From the NCBI GenBank assembly GCA_029866205.1, contig JARWZT010000004.1:31776-95775 (forward strand): a stretch of 64,000 nucleotides of DNA, given 5' to 3'. Shown here piece after piece: positions 40,781 through 52,278 of the stretch (the first letter of the stretch is position 1; every line of letters begins with the position of its first letter). This DNA is from Rhodoferax sp. (GTDB taxonomy: Bacteria > Pseudomonadota > Gammaproteobacteria > Burkholderiales > Burkholderiaceae_C). The translations under genes and the position numbers were made by a program. The notes under the pieces were generated by a model. It was given only the letters and a program-made list of their open reading frames with translations. It did no database searches and was not told where the DNA came from.

Positions 40781-42241
40781 TCAATACCGGTAGGTATCCG
40801 CTTTGTAGGGACCGGCCTTGCTCACGCCGATGTAGGAGGCCTGCTCGTCCGTGAGTTCGGTCAGCATGGCGCCGACCTTTTTCAGATGCAGGCGTGCCAC
40901 TTTTTCGTCCAAATGCTTGGGCAACACATAGACGTGGCCTGCCTTGTACTCTTTGGGCTTGGTGAACAGCTCGATTTGCGCAATGGTCTGGTTGGCAAAG
41001 CTCGACGACATGACAAAGCTGGGGTGGCCGGTGCCACAACCCAGGTTTACCAAGCGGCCTTTGGCCAACAGGATGATGCGTTTTTCGGGCTTACCGCCCT
41101 TGCCTTTGGTGGCCGGGAAAATCACGTGGTCCACCTGGGGCTTGATCTCTTCCCATTTGCACTTGGACAGCGATGCAACGTCAATCTCGTTGTCAAAGTG
41201 ACCGATGTTGCAAACGATGGCCTGGTCTTTCATGGCCGCCATGTGCTTGTAAGTGATCACGTTTTTGTTTCCGGTAGCGGACACAAAAATGTCGGCCTTG
41301 TCGGCAGCGTACTCCATGGTCACCACTTTGTAGCCTTCCATGGCCGCTTGCAGGGCGTTGATGGGGTCGACCTCGGTCACCCACACTTGGGCGGACAGCG
41401 CGCGCAGCGCCTGGGCGGAGCCCTTGCCCACGTCGCCGTAGCCGGCAACCAGTGCCACCTTGCCGGCGATCATTACATCGGTCGCGCGCTTGATGGCGTC
41501 CACCAGCGATTCGCGGCAACCGTACAGGTTGTCAAACTTGCTCTTTGTGACCGAGTCGTTGACGTTGATGGCGCGAAACGCCAGGTCGCCGCGGGCCGCC
41601 ATTTCATTCAGGCGCAGCACGCCCGTGGTGGTTTCCTCGGTCACACCGATGATGTGCTTCAGGCGGCGGCTGTACCAAGTGGGGTCGAGCTTGAGCTGGG
41701 CCTTGATGGCGTTGAACAGGCACACCTCTTCTTCGCTGCCGGGCTTGGCGAGCACCTTGATGTCTTTTTCGGCCTTGGCACCCAAGTGCATCAGGAGCGT
41801 GGCGTCACCACCGTCGTCCAGAATCATGTTGGGGCCTTCAGCCGCCGAGCCTTTGCGGCCACCAAATTCAAAAATGCGGTGGGTGTAATCCCAGTAGTCG
41901 TCCAGAGTCTCGCCCTTGTAGGCGAACACTGGGGTGCCTGCGGCCACCAGAGCGGCAGCGGCGTGGTCTTGGGTCGAGAAAATGTTGCACGAAGCCCAGC
42001 GCACTTCAGCCCCCAGCGCTTGCAGGGTTTCAACCAGCACGCCGGTCTGGATCGTCATGTGCAGCGAACCGGTGATGCGCGCGCCCTTGAGCGGCTGCGA
42101 TTTGGCGAATTCTTCGCGGATGGCCATCAAACCGGGCATTTCGGTCTGGGCAATGTTGAGTTCCTTGCGACCCCAGGGTGCGAGCCCTAAGTCGGCAATC
42201 ATGTAGTCCTGGTTCTTGATCGGTTTCAAAACGGCGTTCAT
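40781..42241 (-). CDS. ahcY: adenosylhomocysteinase
   Basis: [24 protein letters not shown]...GYGDVGKG...SFANQ...; 486 aa. Confidence 0.95.
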   Translation of the reverse strand: MNAVLKPIKNQDYMIADLGLAPWGRKELNIAQTEMPGLMAIREEFAKSQPLKGARITGSLHMTIQTGVLVETLQALGAEVRWASCNIFSTQDHAAAALVAAGTPVFAYKGETLDDYWDYTHRIFEFGGRKGSAAEGPNMILDDGGDATLLMHLGAKAEKDIKVLAKPGSEEEVCLFNAIKAQLKLDPTWYSRRLKHIIGVTEETTTGVLRLNEMAARGDLAFRAINVNDSVTKSKFDNLYGCRESLVDAIKRATDVMIAGKVALVAGYGDVGKGSAQALRALSAQVWVTEVDPINALQAAMEGYKVVTMEYAADKADIFVSATGNKNVITYKHMAAMKDQAIVCNIGHFDNEIDVASLSKCKWEEIKPQVDHVIFPATKGKGGKPEKRIILLAKGRLVNLGCGTGHPSFVMSSSFANQTIAQIELFTKPKEYKAGHVYVLPKHLDEKVARLHLKKVGAMLTELTDEQASYIGVSKAGPYKADTYRY

Positions 42242-42329
42242 AGTTCACTCCAAAATTAAAAATAAATGTGGAAAACCACCACGCTTTGGGGCCAAAAACT
42301 CAAGGGGATGAGGCTCAGCCCACAGACAC

Positions 42330-42425
42330 GTGGGTGAGCGCAGTTGGTGCGGTAACGGGTGTTGATACCCCGCCACGCGGTCCGAGCCTCGTTCAAACGG
42401 TATGAACTGCAACGCTCCTCGGAAG
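42330..42425 (-). promoter_or_regulatory. SAH riboswitch (S-adenosylhomocysteine-responsive leader of ahcY)
   Basis: The minus strand reads CCGAGGAGCGUUGCA-(GUUCA...UGAAC hairpin)-GAGGCUCGG-(variable hairpin)-AACUGCGCUCAC. The conserved GAGGAGCG / AGGCUCGG / GCGCUCAC blocks and the pseudoknot logic of the SAH element are present, about 90 nt upstream of ahcY. Confidence 0.7.
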
Positions 42426-42480
42426 CCTGAAGTATACGAAATTGTGCAGCGATGCCGCACCGGGGCGAATTTTTGGGGGA

Positions 42481-43491
42481 TTATTTGTGGTGGCTCAGCG
42501 CGTTGCTGACCAGCTTGGACGTGATGTCCACGATCTGGATCATGCGGTCGTAGGCCATGCGTGTGGGTCCGATCACACCCAGGGTACCGACCAGCTTGCC
42601 ATCAACCTCATACGGCGCGCTCACAATGGACAACTCCTCAAACGGCACGACCTGGCTTTCGCCGCCGATAAAGATGCGCACCCCTTCGGCCTGACCGGCA
42701 ATATCGAGCAAGCGCATGATTTGCGCCTTTTGCTCAAACAGTTCAAAGGCACGGCGCAAATTGCCCATGTCGCTGGAAAAGTCGCTGAGTTTGAGCAGGT
42801 TGCGCTCGCCCGAAATCACCACTTCGTCTTGTGCTTCGGCGACCGCCTCAGAGTTCATGGTGACCGCGGCGGCCATCAGGCTGGCGATCTCGGAGCGCAG
42901 GCTCTCGACCTCACCGTGAAGGCGTTCGCGCACCTGTTCTATGTCCAAACCCACATAGTGGCTGTTCAGGAAATTGGCCGCCTCGATCAGTTGTGACTGG
43001 GAGTGATCAACCTCGGTGTAAATCACCCGGTTTTGCACATCGCCGTCAGGCGAAACAATGATGACCAACACCCGGCGCTCCGACAAACGCAAAAACTCCA
43101 TGTGCCGAAACGCGGACGTGCGACGCGGCGCAATAACAACACCCACAAACTGCGACAGGCTGGACAGCAGGTGGGCGGCGTTGGAGATGACTTTTTGCGG
43201 TTGGTCCGGCGCCAGGCTGTGGCTGCCAAACTGCTGCGGTTGAACCGTCAACATGGTGTCGACAAACAGCCGGTACCCGCGGGCTGTGGGCACGCGCCCG
43301 GCCGAGGTGTGGGGGCTGACGATCAGGCCCAACTCTTCGAGGTCCGACATGACGTTGCGGATGGTGGCCGGTGAAAGCTCCAGCCCCGAGGCCTTGGACA
43401 GCGTGCGGCTTCCTACCGGCTGGCCGTCGGCAATGTAGCGTTCCACCAGCGCCTTGAGCAACAACTTGGAGCGATCATCGAGCATTGGCAC
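42481..43491 (-). CDS. hrcA: heat-inducible transcription repressor HrcA
   Basis: [31 protein letters not shown]...[15 protein letters not shown]...; start at 43491 or 43485. Confidence 0.9.
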   Translation of the reverse strand: MPMLDDRSKLLLKALVERYIADGQPVGSRTLSKASGLELSPATIRNVMSDLEELGLIVSPHTSAGRVPTARGYRLFVDTMLTVQPQQFGSHSLAPDQPQKVISNAAHLLSSLSQFVGVVIAPRRTSAFRHMEFLRLSERRVLVIIVSPDGDVQNRVIYTEVDHSQSQLIEAANFLNSHYVGLDIEQVRERLHGEVESLRSEIASLMAAAVTMNSEAVAEAQDEVVISGERNLLKLSDFSSDMGNLRRAFELFEQKAQIMRLLDIAGQAEGVRIFIGGESQVVPFEELSIVSAPYEVDGKLVGTLGVIGPTRMAYDRMIQIVDITSKLVSNALSHHK

Positions 43492-43514
43492 ATTTTAGTG
43501 ATGTAATTTGGCCC

Positions 43515-44423
43515 ATGCCCCCCCGCCCGAAATCCCAGTTCCACCACGTTGCCCTGATTGGCAAGTACCAGACTAGCCACTCGGCGGCGGCGGTGGCAGC
43601 CTCGCGCGCGGCGCTTGATGCCATAGCCCACTTTCTGATGGACCAGGGTTGCGAAGTGGCGCTGGAAGCCGACACGGCCGCTAACTTGGGTCTTTCCAAC
43701 TACGCGGCATTCGACGTTCCCGCCATCGGGCGCCACTGCGACCTGTGCCTGGTGGTTGGCGGTGACGGCACCATGTTGGGCATTGGGCGCCAACTGGCCG
43801 AATTCAAACTGCCCCTGATCGGTATCAACCAGGGGCGTCTGGGCTTCATCACCGACATTCCGCTAGACCAATATGCCGCCACGCTGGCCCCCATGCTTGG
43901 CGGCCAATACGAGGTCGACGACCGCAGCCTGATGCATGCCGAAGTCATGCGCGATGGGCGCTGCGTGTTTTCGGCCTTGGCCATGAACGATGTCGTGGTC
44001 AATCGGGGCGCCACCTCGGGCATGGTGGAGTTGCGCATTGAAGTGGACGGTCATTTTGTTGCCAGTCAGCGCGCCGATGGACTGATTGTTGCCACCCCCA
44101 CCGGGTCCACGGCCTACGCGCTGTCGGCTGGTGGGCCTTTGCTGCACCCGTCCACGCCGGGGTGGGTTTTGGTTCCTATTGCGCCACACACCCTGTCTAA
44201 CCGGCCTTTGGTGCTGTCGCACGCCTCCGAAATTTCCATCGAAATTGTCTCCGGGCGTGACGCAAGCGCCAACTTTGACATGCAGTCGCTGGCCACGCTC
44301 ATGTACGGCGACCGCATTGTGGTGCGCCGCTCCAAGCACCAGGTGCGCTTTTTGCACCCCAAGGGATGGACTTACTTTGACACCCTGCGCCAAAAGCTGC
44401 ACTGGAACGAGGGAGTGGCGTAA
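43515..44423 (+). CDS. nadK: NAD kinase
   Basis: [13 protein letters not shown] (GGDG motif), [12 protein letters not shown] and [14 protein letters not shown]. Start chosen at [18 protein letters not shown]. Confidence 0.85.
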   Translation: MPPRPKSQFHHVALIGKYQTSHSAAAVAASRAALDAIAHFLMDQGCEVALEADTAANLGLSNYAAFDVPAIGRHCDLCLVVGGDGTMLGIGRQLAEFKLPLIGINQGRLGFITDIPLDQYAATLAPMLGGQYEVDDRSLMHAEVMRDGRCVFSALAMNDVVVNRGATSGMVELRIEVDGHFVASQRADGLIVATPTGSTAYALSAGGPLLHPSTPGWVLVPIAPHTLSNRPLVLSHASEISIEIVSGRDASANFDMQSLATLMYGDRIVVRRSKHQVRFLHPKGWTYFDTLRQKLHWNEGVA

Positions 44424-44426
44424 ACC

Positions 44427-46079
44427 GTGGGCCTGAAACGCATCGTACTGCGCGACTTTGTCATCGTCGACGCCCTGGACCTGGAACTTGAGAAAGGTTT
44501 TACGGTGCTCACCGGTGAAACCGGGGCGGGTAAATCGATTCTGATTGATGCCTTGCAACTCGTCACTGGTGCGCGCGCCGATGTGGGACTGATCCGCGAG
44601 GGGGCCTCACGCACCGAGGTGAGCGCCGAGTTTGACCCCGCCGAGGGCCTGGCCGGCTATTTGGTGGAGGCTGGTTTTGACGCTGGCGAGAGTTTGCTGC
44701 TGCGCCGCAGCGTGGACTTGGGGGGCAAAAGCCGCGCCTGGGTCAACGGCAGCCCCGCAACTGCCCAGCAACTGCGGCATATTGGTGAGCACCTGCTCGA
44801 CATCCATGGTCAGCATGCCTGGCAAAGCCTGACCCGCAACGAGGCCGTGCGCGGCTTGCTGGATGGCTATGGGCGCGTGCAAACCAGTGCTTTAAGCGGC
44901 CTGTGGCTGCATTGGCGGCAAGCCCAAGCGGCAATGGCGCATGCCCTTGAAGCGCAGAGCGCCCTTCAACAGGAGCGCGAACGCTTGGCCTGGCAGATTG
45001 GCGAGGTCGAAAAACTCAATCCCGGCGCCGAAGAATGGGACACCCTCAACGCCAGTCACAGCCGACTGGCGCATGGACAAACCTTGCTCGACGCGGCGCA
45101 AAGTGCGCTGGAACAACTGGCAGATGCCGACGAGAGCGCCTTGCAAAGGCTGCACAGCGCGCTGCAGCAACTGCAAAACCAACTGCATCTTGACCCTGAA
45201 TTTCAAGAGCCGGCCGATGTGCTGAGCTCAGCCATCGCCCAAATTGAAGACGCGGCGCACACCTTGCGCAGCTATCAACGGCGTACCGAGCCTGACCCCG
45301 AGCGCCTGGCCGAACTCGACGCCCGCTTGGCACTGTGGGTGTCTTTGGCGCGGCGCTACAAACGGGCGCCCGGCGAACTGGCCGAAGCCCTGAGCGGCTG
45401 GCAATCTGAATTGGCGCAATTGGACGCCGCCGCCGACTTGGCAGGATTGCAACGCGCGGCGGACACTGCGCATGCCGCCTTCATGCAAGAAGGCCAACGC
45501 GTCTCCAAGGCCCGCGCGCAGGCCGCACCGCAGCTGGCGCAGGCGATCACCCAGGCCATGCAAGGCCTGGGCATGCAGGGCGGCCAGTTTGTGGTGCAGC
45601 TTGACGCACTGGCCCAGCCGCAGCAAAGCGGGCTTGAAGAAGTGGTTTTTTTGGTGGCGGGCCACGCCGGCAGCACGCCGCGCCCTGTGGCCAAGGTGGC
45701 CTCCGGTGGCGAGCTGTCGCGCATGGCGCTGGCCATCGCGGTCACCACCAGTCAACTCGGCACAGCCCAAACCCTGATTTTTGACGAAGTGGACGCAGGG
45801 GTTGGCGGCACTGTGGCGCACACTGTGGGCCAACTGATGCAACAACTCGGTCGTGACCGGCAGGTATTGGCCGTCACCCACCTGCCCCAAGTGGCGGCTT
45901 GCGCCGACCAGCACTGGGTCGTCGCCAAGCAATTGCACGAGGGCGCGACGGTGAGTCGGGTGGCTGAAGTTCAGGGCGATGCCCGCACCGCTGAAATCGC
46001 CCGGATGCTGGGCGGCGATGGGCGCTCGGCCACCACGTCGGCCCATGCCAGCGAAATGCTTCAAAGGGGCATGGCATGA
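44427..46079 (+). CDS. recN: DNA repair protein RecN
   Basis: GTG start; [16 protein letters not shown] (Walker A), long coiled coil, then [12 protein letters not shown]...[11 protein letters not shown] (signature/Walker B). Confidence 0.9.
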   Translation: MGLKRIVLRDFVIVDALDLELEKGFTVLTGETGAGKSILIDALQLVTGARADVGLIREGASRTEVSAEFDPAEGLAGYLVEAGFDAGESLLLRRSVDLGGKSRAWVNGSPATAQQLRHIGEHLLDIHGQHAWQSLTRNEAVRGLLDGYGRVQTSALSGLWLHWRQAQAAMAHALEAQSALQQERERLAWQIGEVEKLNPGAEEWDTLNASHSRLAHGQTLLDAAQSALEQLADADESALQRLHSALQQLQNQLHLDPEFQEPADVLSSAIAQIEDAAHTLRSYQRRTEPDPERLAELDARLALWVSLARRYKRAPGELAEALSGWQSELAQLDAAADLAGLQRAADTAHAAFMQEGQRVSKARAQAAPQLAQAITQAMQGLGMQGGQFVVQLDALAQPQQSGLEEVVFLVAGHAGSTPRPVAKVASGGELSRMALAIAVTTSQLGTAQTLIFDEVDAGVGGTVAHTVGQLMQQLGRDRQVLAVTHLPQVAACADQHWVVAKQLHEGATVSRVAEVQGDARTAEIARMLGGDGRSATTSAHASEMLQRGMA

Positions 46080-46978
46080 GCGCCGCGCAAATGGAACTGG
46101 TGCTGATTACGGGCATGTCGGGTTCGGGCAAATCGGTGGCCTTACACGCACTCGAAGACGCTGGGTTTTACTGCGTGGACAACCTGCCGCCCGAACTGCT
46201 GATGGACTTTGTGGCACTGGAGCAGCAGCACGCCGCGCCACGCGTGGCCATTGCCATGGATGTGCGCAGCGCCAGCTCGCTGCCCCTGGTGCCCGAACAA
46301 CTCGCTCGCCTGCGCGCACTGGGCTTGACCGTCAAAGCCTTGTTTCTGGATGCCAGCACCGACACCCTGGTGCGCCGCTACTCCGAGACCCGCCGCAAGC
46401 ACCCGCTGTCGCAGGTCGACAGCGGCCACGCCCGTACCGACCAGCACCGCGCGCTGGTGGACGCTATTGAGCTGGAACGCAGCGTGCTCGAAGCGATCCG
46501 CGCCGAGTCGCATGTGATTGACTCCAGCATGATCCGCGCGGCACAACTGCAGGGTTACGTGAAGGCCTTTATTGGTTCGGCACCGGCGCAGCTGACACTG
46601 GTATTTGAGTCTTTTGCGTTCAAGCGGGGCGTGCCGGCGGATGCCGACTATGTTTTTGATGTGCGGATGCTGCCCAACCCGCACTACGAAAGTGACCTCC
46701 GGGCGCAGACAGGGCGCGACTCGGCGGTGGCCGCCTTCTTGCACGCACAGCCAGAAGCCGGACGGATGGCGGCCCAAATTACCGATTTTCTGGACTACTG
46801 GCTTCCTGCCATGGCACGCGACCACCGCAGCTACGTGACGGTGGCGATTGGTTGCACGGGCGGTCAGCACCGCTCGGTTTACCTGGTAGAACAACTCGCG
46901 CTGCACTTTGGCCCCAAGTGGGTCACGCTCAAGCGCCACCGCGAACTCGACGGTCTGCCGACTTTGGCCAAGCCTTAA
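46076..46978 (+). CDS. rapZ: RNase adapter protein RapZ (YhbJ)
   Basis: [28 protein letters not shown]...[11 protein letters not shown]; the start overlaps the recN stop. Confidence 0.85.
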   Translation: MSAAQMELVLITGMSGSGKSVALHALEDAGFYCVDNLPPELLMDFVALEQQHAAPRVAIAMDVRSASSLPLVPEQLARLRALGLTVKALFLDASTDTLVRRYSETRRKHPLSQVDSGHARTDQHRALVDAIELERSVLEAIRAESHVIDSSMIRAAQLQGYVKAFIGSAPAQLTLVFESFAFKRGVPADADYVFDVRMLPNPHYESDLRAQTGRDSAVAAFLHAQPEAGRMAAQITDFLDYWLPAMARDHRSYVTVAIGCTGGQHRSVYLVEQLALHFGPKWVTLKRHRELDGLPTLAKP

Positions 46979-46997
46979 ATTCGCAAGAAAAACCGCG

Positions 46998-48062
46998 CTA
47001 GGTGCGGGACAACAGTTTGCGGATCGGCGCCGGCAAACCCATCGCGGGCCACTGGTCCGCAGCCACCCACTGGCCACCCAACGCACCCAGATCCGCACGG
47101 CTGTCAAGCGTCAGAACCCAGGGGTGCAAGTGCAAATCCTTGTGCGTCAGCACATGCACAAAGGTGTCTTGCGGCTGCAAGGCCGTTGTCAACGGCTGCT
47201 GCACCGCCGACCACAAGTCGGCTTCGGTGTCGAAGAGCGGAAAACACTGCAATCCAGCCCACACTCCGGGCGTCGGGCGGGCGCTGAGCCAGACCGCGCC
47301 ATCCGGCGATTGCGCCCAGAGCAACCAGATCGACTGGCTTGAGCGCTTGAGCTTGCGGGTACGCACCGGGTAACGCTGTGGGTCCCCGTCGGCCTGGGCG
47401 CGACAGTCTGACTGCAGCGGACACAACAGGCACAAGGGCTTCTTGGGCAGGCAAACCGTGGCACCCAAATCCATCATGCCCTGGGTATAACGCGCCATGG
47501 TCTGCGCCGCGACGTCGGGATGCGGCAACAAATCGGTGGCCGCGTCCCACAGTTGGCGCTCCTGGGCGGCCAGGGCGAGATCACCGTCAAACCCCAGTAC
47601 GCGGGTGACCACGCGTTTGACATTGGCATCCAAAATCGCCACCCGCTCGCCAAAACACAGCGAGGAAATGGCGGCTGCCGTGGATCGACCAATGCCGGGC
47701 AAGGTCTGGAGCATGGTGGCCGAGCGCGGAAAAGCACCGCCATGCAGGCGCACCACGTCTTGGGCGCAGCGGTGCAGGTTGCGCGCACGGCTGTAGTAGC
47801 CCAAACCACTCCACAAGCCCAACACCTCATCCAAAGTGGCATCGGCCAGGTCTTGCACCGTGGGCAGCGCATCCAGGAAACGCGCGAAATAGCCCACGAC
47901 CGTGGCCACCTGGGTCTGCTGCAGCATGATTTCGCTGAGCCAGACGCGGTACGGGTCTTGGGTGTTTTGCCAGGGCAGGCTGTTGCGGCCATGAACAGCC
48001 TGCCAAGCCACCACCTGCGCCGCCAGCACGCCCGACGGCCCCCCATGCGGTCGCTGGTTCAT
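46998..48062 (-). CDS. mutY: A/G-specific adenine DNA glycosylase MutY
   Basis: The ATG at 48062 gives [24 protein letters not shown], the [10 protein letters not shown] HhH-GPD motif, the Cys cluster [17 protein letters not shown], and a C-terminal NUDIX-like domain. Confidence 0.85.
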   Translation of the reverse strand: MNQRPHGGPSGVLAAQVVAWQAVHGRNSLPWQNTQDPYRVWLSEIMLQQTQVATVVGYFARFLDALPTVQDLADATLDEVLGLWSGLGYYSRARNLHRCAQDVVRLHGGAFPRSATMLQTLPGIGRSTAAAISSLCFGERVAILDANVKRVVTRVLGFDGDLALAAQERQLWDAATDLLPHPDVAAQTMARYTQGMMDLGATVCLPKKPLCLLCPLQSDCRAQADGDPQRYPVRTRKLKRSSQSIWLLWAQSPDGAVWLSARPTPGVWAGLQCFPLFDTEADLWSAVQQPLTTALQPQDTFVHVLTHKDLHLHPWVLTLDSRADLGALGGQWVAADQWPAMGLPAPIRKLLSRT

Positions 48063-48874
48063 GGCTTTTGGCAGACGGGACAAAAAAATGTGGAGCGTTG
48101 ACCCTGCCGAATGGTACGCACCACGCTGCCACACACCCGGCAAGGCAGGCCAGCGCGGCCGTAAACCGCCGCCTCCAACTGAAAGTGGCCCGACTCCCCT
48201 TGGGCGTTGGAAAAATCACGCAGCGTGCTGCCTCCTTTTTCCACGGCGCGCGCCAGCACCTGGCGCACCGCCGTGTGCAGCCGCGCGGCCCGCGGGCGGC
48301 TCAGGCGCGATGCCCGCGTGGTGGGACGAATGCCCGCCAAAAACAAAGCCTCGGACGCGTAAATATTGCCGACACCGACCACGGTCTCACCGGCAAGCAG
48401 CACTTGTTTGATGGGTGCGTTGCGTTTTTTGAGGGCCTTGCAAAAGTCCTCCAGTACAAAGTCGTCACCCAAGGGCTCCACGCCCAGTTTCCCCAGCAGT
48501 TTTTGGGCTTCGGGGCTGTGCTCATCAGCGGCGAACACCACCGCGCCAAAGCGACGGGGATCGTTCAGGCGCAACACACCCAGCGAGGTGCGCAGTGAAA
48601 AATGGTCGTGCTTGCCCGCAGGACCCGGATCAGCGCCAAATGTGACGCTTCCGGACATGCCCAGGTGCAACAACAAAAGCCCACGCTCCAGGTCCAGCAG
48701 CAGGTATTTCCCCCGTCGTCGAACGCCGAGCACGCGCTGGCCCCGGAGGTCCTGCGGATCGCAGCCCAATGGCCAGCGCAAGGGCTTGCCCATTTCGACG
48801 CCTTCGATGCGGGCCCCGGCAATCCGCTGGGCAAAGCTTAGGCGGGTCACTTCAACTTCAGGTAATTCAGGCAT
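48059..48874 (-). CDS. mutM: formamidopyrimidine-DNA glycosylase
   Basis: [10 protein letters not shown]-terminus and C-terminal zinc finger CRVCGSVV...FFCPVCQ. The stop overlaps the mutY start (ATGA). Confidence 0.9.
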   Translation of the reverse strand: MPELPEVEVTRLSFAQRIAGARIEGVEMGKPLRWPLGCDPQDLRGQRVLGVRRRGKYLLLDLERGLLLLHLGMSGSVTFGADPGPAGKHDHFSLRTSLGVLRLNDPRRFGAVVFAADEHSPEAQKLLGKLGVEPLGDDFVLEDFCKALKKRNAPIKQVLLAGETVVGVGNIYASEALFLAGIRPTTRASRLSRPRAARLHTAVRQVLARAVEKGGSTLRDFSNAQGESGHFQLEAAVYGRAGLPCRVCGSVVRTIRQGQRSTFFCPVCQKP

Positions 48875-48953
48875 GGCGCTCGCGCATTTGTAGGGACGGG
48901 GTCAAACCCGGGGGCAGGCGACTCAAATCAAGGCCTTGGATTATTATGGTCTC

Positions 48954-50708
48954 ATGCCACGCACCACCCACTTTGTCGCCGTCTGCGCTCTGCTATTTGC
49001 TTCTTTGGCCCAGGGCCAGGACGCCGGCCCGACGGCCGCGGCACCTCCCCCCAAGTCGCAGCTCACCGCGGAGCTCTTTTACCAACTGCTGCTCAGTGAA
49101 CTCAGCCTGCAAAACGAGGACATCGGCGCAGCCTTCGGCCTGATGTTGAACGCCGCACGACGCGCGCCAGAACCCCAACTGTTCCAGCGTGCCATCGAAA
49201 TCGCGCTACGGGGGCGTGATGCCAATGCCGCCCTGACCGCCGCCAAGGCCTGGCAGCAGGCCTTGCCGGAATCCCTGGATGCGGATCGTTATTTGCTGCA
49301 GCTGTTGGTGGGACTCAACCGGCTCAGCGAAGCCGTTGCGCCCACACAGCGCATTCTGGCGCGTGCGGACGACGCTGAGCGCGCGGCCACTTTGGTGTTT
49401 GTCAGCCGTTTCTTCACCCGCGCTAGCGACAAAACCGCCGCCGCCGACCTGCTGGAAAAAGCCTTTGCCAAAGACCTTAGCCGCGTGGATACGGGGCCCG
49501 TGGCCTGGGCCATGGTGGGCAACTTGCGCCTGTTGGCGGGCGCGAAACCGGCAGCCCTGGCAGCAGCCCGCAAAGGCGCCCAACTCAACCCCCTGTCGGA
49601 CGATGTGGCTCTGCTTGGCGTCAATTTGCTGGATGCTGATTTCGAAGGTGCGCAAACACTGCTCGCCCCTTATCTGGCAGCGAAACCCGTGCCTGAGATT
49701 CAGATGGGCTACGTCCGCAAGCTCGTTGAGCTGCAGCGCTACCCGAAGGCACTGGCGCAAGTCGAACAAATGAACCGCAACCAACCCGACTACCCTGAAG
49801 CCTGGTTGGTGCGCGGCTCCATCGAGTTTCAAAATACGACGCTGTCCGCTGCCGAAGCCTCACTCAAACGCTACCTGAGTCTGGTTCAGACGCCCGTACC
49901 TGCACAAACCACCCCCGATGCGGATGCCAAACTGACCCCCCGCGGCGCGGTTCAGGCCTATCTCCTGCTGGCCCAAATTGCCCAAAAAAACCGCGATCTG
50001 ACCTTGGCCTTGACCTACCTCGGGCAGATCAACAGCCCGCAAGATGAGGCCAAAATCCAGCTGCGGCGCGCCATGGTGCTCGCACAGCAGGGGCAGCTGG
50101 CGCAGGCCCGTGCGCTTTTGCGCCAGTTACCAGAAAAAGACACAGACGATGCACGCAACAAAATCAGCCTGGAGCTCCAACTGCTGCGTGACAACCAACA
50201 AGAACAAGAGGCCTACGACTGGCTGGTTCTCGCAGTACAGAAATTTCCAGCGGACGCCGAACTGCGTTACGAGCTGGCCATTTCGGCCGAAAAGCTAGGG
50301 CGTCCTGACGAAATGGAGCAGATATTGCGCCGTCTGATGGTCGAAAAGCCCGACTACCATGCGGCCTACAACGCCTTGGGTTATTCGCTGGCAGACCGCA
50401 ACCAGCGTCTGCCAGAGGCGCGTGCGCTGATCAACAAAGCCTTGCAGTTTGCGCCCGACGATCCCTTCATCATTGACAGTCTGGCTTGGGTCGAATTTCG
50501 CAGCGGCAACCTGAACGAGTCGCTCGCGTTGCTGCAAAAAGCATTCACCGCCCGTCCGGACGCCGAAATTGCCGCCCATTTGGGTGAGGTCTTGTGGACC
50601 CTGAACCTGCGAGATCAAGCCAGCACCACGTGGCAAGAGGGGCTGCAACTCAACCGCGATAACGAAACACTCAAATCCACCATCCTGCGTTTGCGCGGCA
50701 ATTTATGA
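48954..50708 (+). CDS. secreted TPR-repeat protein
   Basis: Signal peptide (MPRTTHFVAVCALLFASLAQG) followed by many TPR-like helical repeats. Sits upstream of lolB, as is common. Confidence 0.7.
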   Translation: MPRTTHFVAVCALLFASLAQGQDAGPTAAAPPPKSQLTAELFYQLLLSELSLQNEDIGAAFGLMLNAARRAPEPQLFQRAIEIALRGRDANAALTAAKAWQQALPESLDADRYLLQLLVGLNRLSEAVAPTQRILARADDAERAATLVFVSRFFTRASDKTAAADLLEKAFAKDLSRVDTGPVAWAMVGNLRLLAGAKPAALAAARKGAQLNPLSDDVALLGVNLLDADFEGAQTLLAPYLAAKPVPEIQMGYVRKLVELQRYPKALAQVEQMNRNQPDYPEAWLVRGSIEFQNTTLSAAEASLKRYLSLVQTPVPAQTTPDADAKLTPRGAVQAYLLLAQIAQKNRDLTLALTYLGQINSPQDEAKIQLRRAMVLAQQGQLAQARALLRQLPEKDTDDARNKISLELQLLRDNQQEQEAYDWLVLAVQKFPADAELRYELAISAEKLGRPDEMEQILRRLMVEKPDYHAAYNALGYSLADRNQRLPEARALINKALQFAPDDPFIIDSLAWVEFRSGNLNESLALLQKAFTARPDAEIAAHLGEVLWTLNLRDQASTTWQEGLQLNRDNETLKSTILRLRGNL

Positions 50709-51208
50709 CAAGACCGGCGCGGGCGTGGGCGGGGCTGCTGCTGGCCCTTGGCTGGCTGCTGTTGCTCAGTGGGTGTGCGCCCCTGCAAACCCAACACCCA
50801 GCGCAGGCGCAGACCCGTTGGCAAGGGCGTCTCGCCGTCAAGGTGGCTACCGAGCCTCCCCAGGCCTTTTCAGCGAACTTTGCCCTGCAGGGCTCGGCCG
50901 CGCAAGGCGCACTGAGCTTGACAAGCGTGCTGGGCACCCGTCTGGCAGACATGCGTTGGGGCGCAGATGCGGCCACTCTTCAAACCCCAAAGGAGTCGCT
51001 GCGCTTTGACTCCGTCGACGCAATGATCCTGCACAGCGTGGGGACTCCGCTTCCTCTGAATGCCCTTTTTGGTTGGCTGCAAGGCAGGGCTGGTGCGGCA
51101 GCAGGTTGGGACGTCGACCTGCAAGACCTGCCCTCTGGCCGCATTCGGGCCTGGCGACTGGCGCCGGACGCCGCTGCCGAGATCAAGATCATCCTTGACC
51201 CAGGATAA
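50705..51208 (+). CDS. lolB: outer-membrane lipoprotein LolB
   Basis: Lipobox LLLSGC, ~167 aa, positioned immediately upstream of ispE; ATGA overlap with the TPR gene. Confidence 0.75.
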   Translation: MTRPARAWAGLLLALGWLLLLSGCAPLQTQHPAQAQTRWQGRLAVKVATEPPQAFSANFALQGSAAQGALSLTSVLGTRLADMRWGADAATLQTPKESLRFDSVDAMILHSVGTPLPLNALFGWLQGRAGAAAGWDVDLQDLPSGRIRAWRLAPDAAAEIKIILDPG

Positions 51209-51216
51209 TCACAGCC

Positions 51217-52047
51217 ATGCAGGCGCTCTACGACATCCCGGCCCCGGCCAAGCTCAACCTCTTTCTCCACGTCACGGGCAGGCGCGCCGACGGCTACCAC
51301 TTGCTGCAGTCCGTATTTATGCTGATCGACTGGTGCGACCACCTGCACTTTGAGCTGCGACAGGATGGCGCGCTGAGCCGCGAGGACCTCACCTGGGCTT
51401 TGCCGGACGACGACCTGGTGCTCAGAGCAGCGCGAGCACTCCAAATGGCCACCGGCTGCACCTTGGGCGCCCACATTGCGATCGCCAAGTCAGTGCCTGC
51501 ACAAGCGGGCATGGGCGGGGGCTCTTCCGACGCCGCCTCCACCTTGCTGGCACTCAATCGGCTCTGGAATCTCAAGCTACCGCAGACCGCACTGGCGCGC
51601 ATCGGCCTTGGTTTGGGCGCGGATGTCCCGTTTTTTTTGGGCGGAGAAAATGCCTGGATCGAGGGCGTAGGCGAGCAAATCACGCCGGTTGCGGTGGCGC
51701 CCACACGTTTTCTGATCGCCAAGCCGCAAGCCGGTCTGGACACAAGCCTGATTTTTTCTGACCCGGCCTTAAAACGCGATACGGACCTTGCTATAATTTC
51801 AGGCTTCGCTGCAAACCCATATGGCTTCGGCCACAACGACTTGCAGCCTGTTGCGGAAAAGCTGTGTCCTGGCATAGGCCAAGCCCTTCAGTGGCTGGCT
51901 TCCATGGGATTGCAAGGCCGAATGACAGGCTCAGGGAGTGCGGTGTTTGCCCAGCTTCGGCACGCGGTTGACTTGCAAGATGCGCCTCACGGCCTGCTTG
52001 TCAAAGAGTGCGGTAGTTTGGAATGCCACCCCCTCAAGGGATGGTGA
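51217..52047 (+). CDS. ispE: 4-diphosphocytidyl-2-C-methyl-D-erythritol kinase
   Basis: PAPAKLNLFLHVTGRRADGYH and AGMGGGSSDAA (GHMP kinase motif). Confidence 0.9.
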   Translation: MQALYDIPAPAKLNLFLHVTGRRADGYHLLQSVFMLIDWCDHLHFELRQDGALSREDLTWALPDDDLVLRAARALQMATGCTLGAHIAIAKSVPAQAGMGGGSSDAASTLLALNRLWNLKLPQTALARIGLGLGADVPFFLGGENAWIEGVGEQITPVAVAPTRFLIAKPQAGLDTSLIFSDPALKRDTDLAIISGFAANPYGFGHNDLQPVAEKLCPGIGQALQWLASMGLQGRMTGSGSAVFAQLRHAVDLQDAPHGLLVKECGSLECHPLKGW

Positions 52048-52118
52048 CAGGAGACCAATACCCGATAAGGGTAGTGACAAGGTTTATCGGTGGGTAGCAC
52101 TTAGCTGCCAACCTGTGT

Positions 52119-52195
52119 AGGGGAATCGCCAAGTTGGTTAAGGCACTGGATTTTGATTCCAGCATGCGAAGGTTCGAATCCTTCTTCCCCTGCCA
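52119..52195 (+). tRNA. tRNA-Gln (anticodon UUG)
   Basis: Hand-folded cloverleaf: acceptor AGGGGAA/UUCCCCU, D arm GCCA/GGCA, anticodon stem CUGGA/UCCAG with loop UUUUGAU, T arm GAAGG-UUCGAAU-CCUUC, discriminator G, encoded CCA; 77 nt. Confidence 0.95.
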
Positions 52196-52278
52196 AATAT
52201 TGTGAAAGGCTCGGTCAGTACGGCATATGCCGCCAACCGGGTGCAAGCGAAAACCATAAACCCTCTCTGGACCAGCCC

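Noticed and set aside
44300-44426. Expected LexA box upstream of recN
   Set aside because: No CTGT-N8-ACAG-like palindrome was found by eye in this interval or in the hrcA-nadK spacer. A degenerate site cannot be excluded without a matrix scan.
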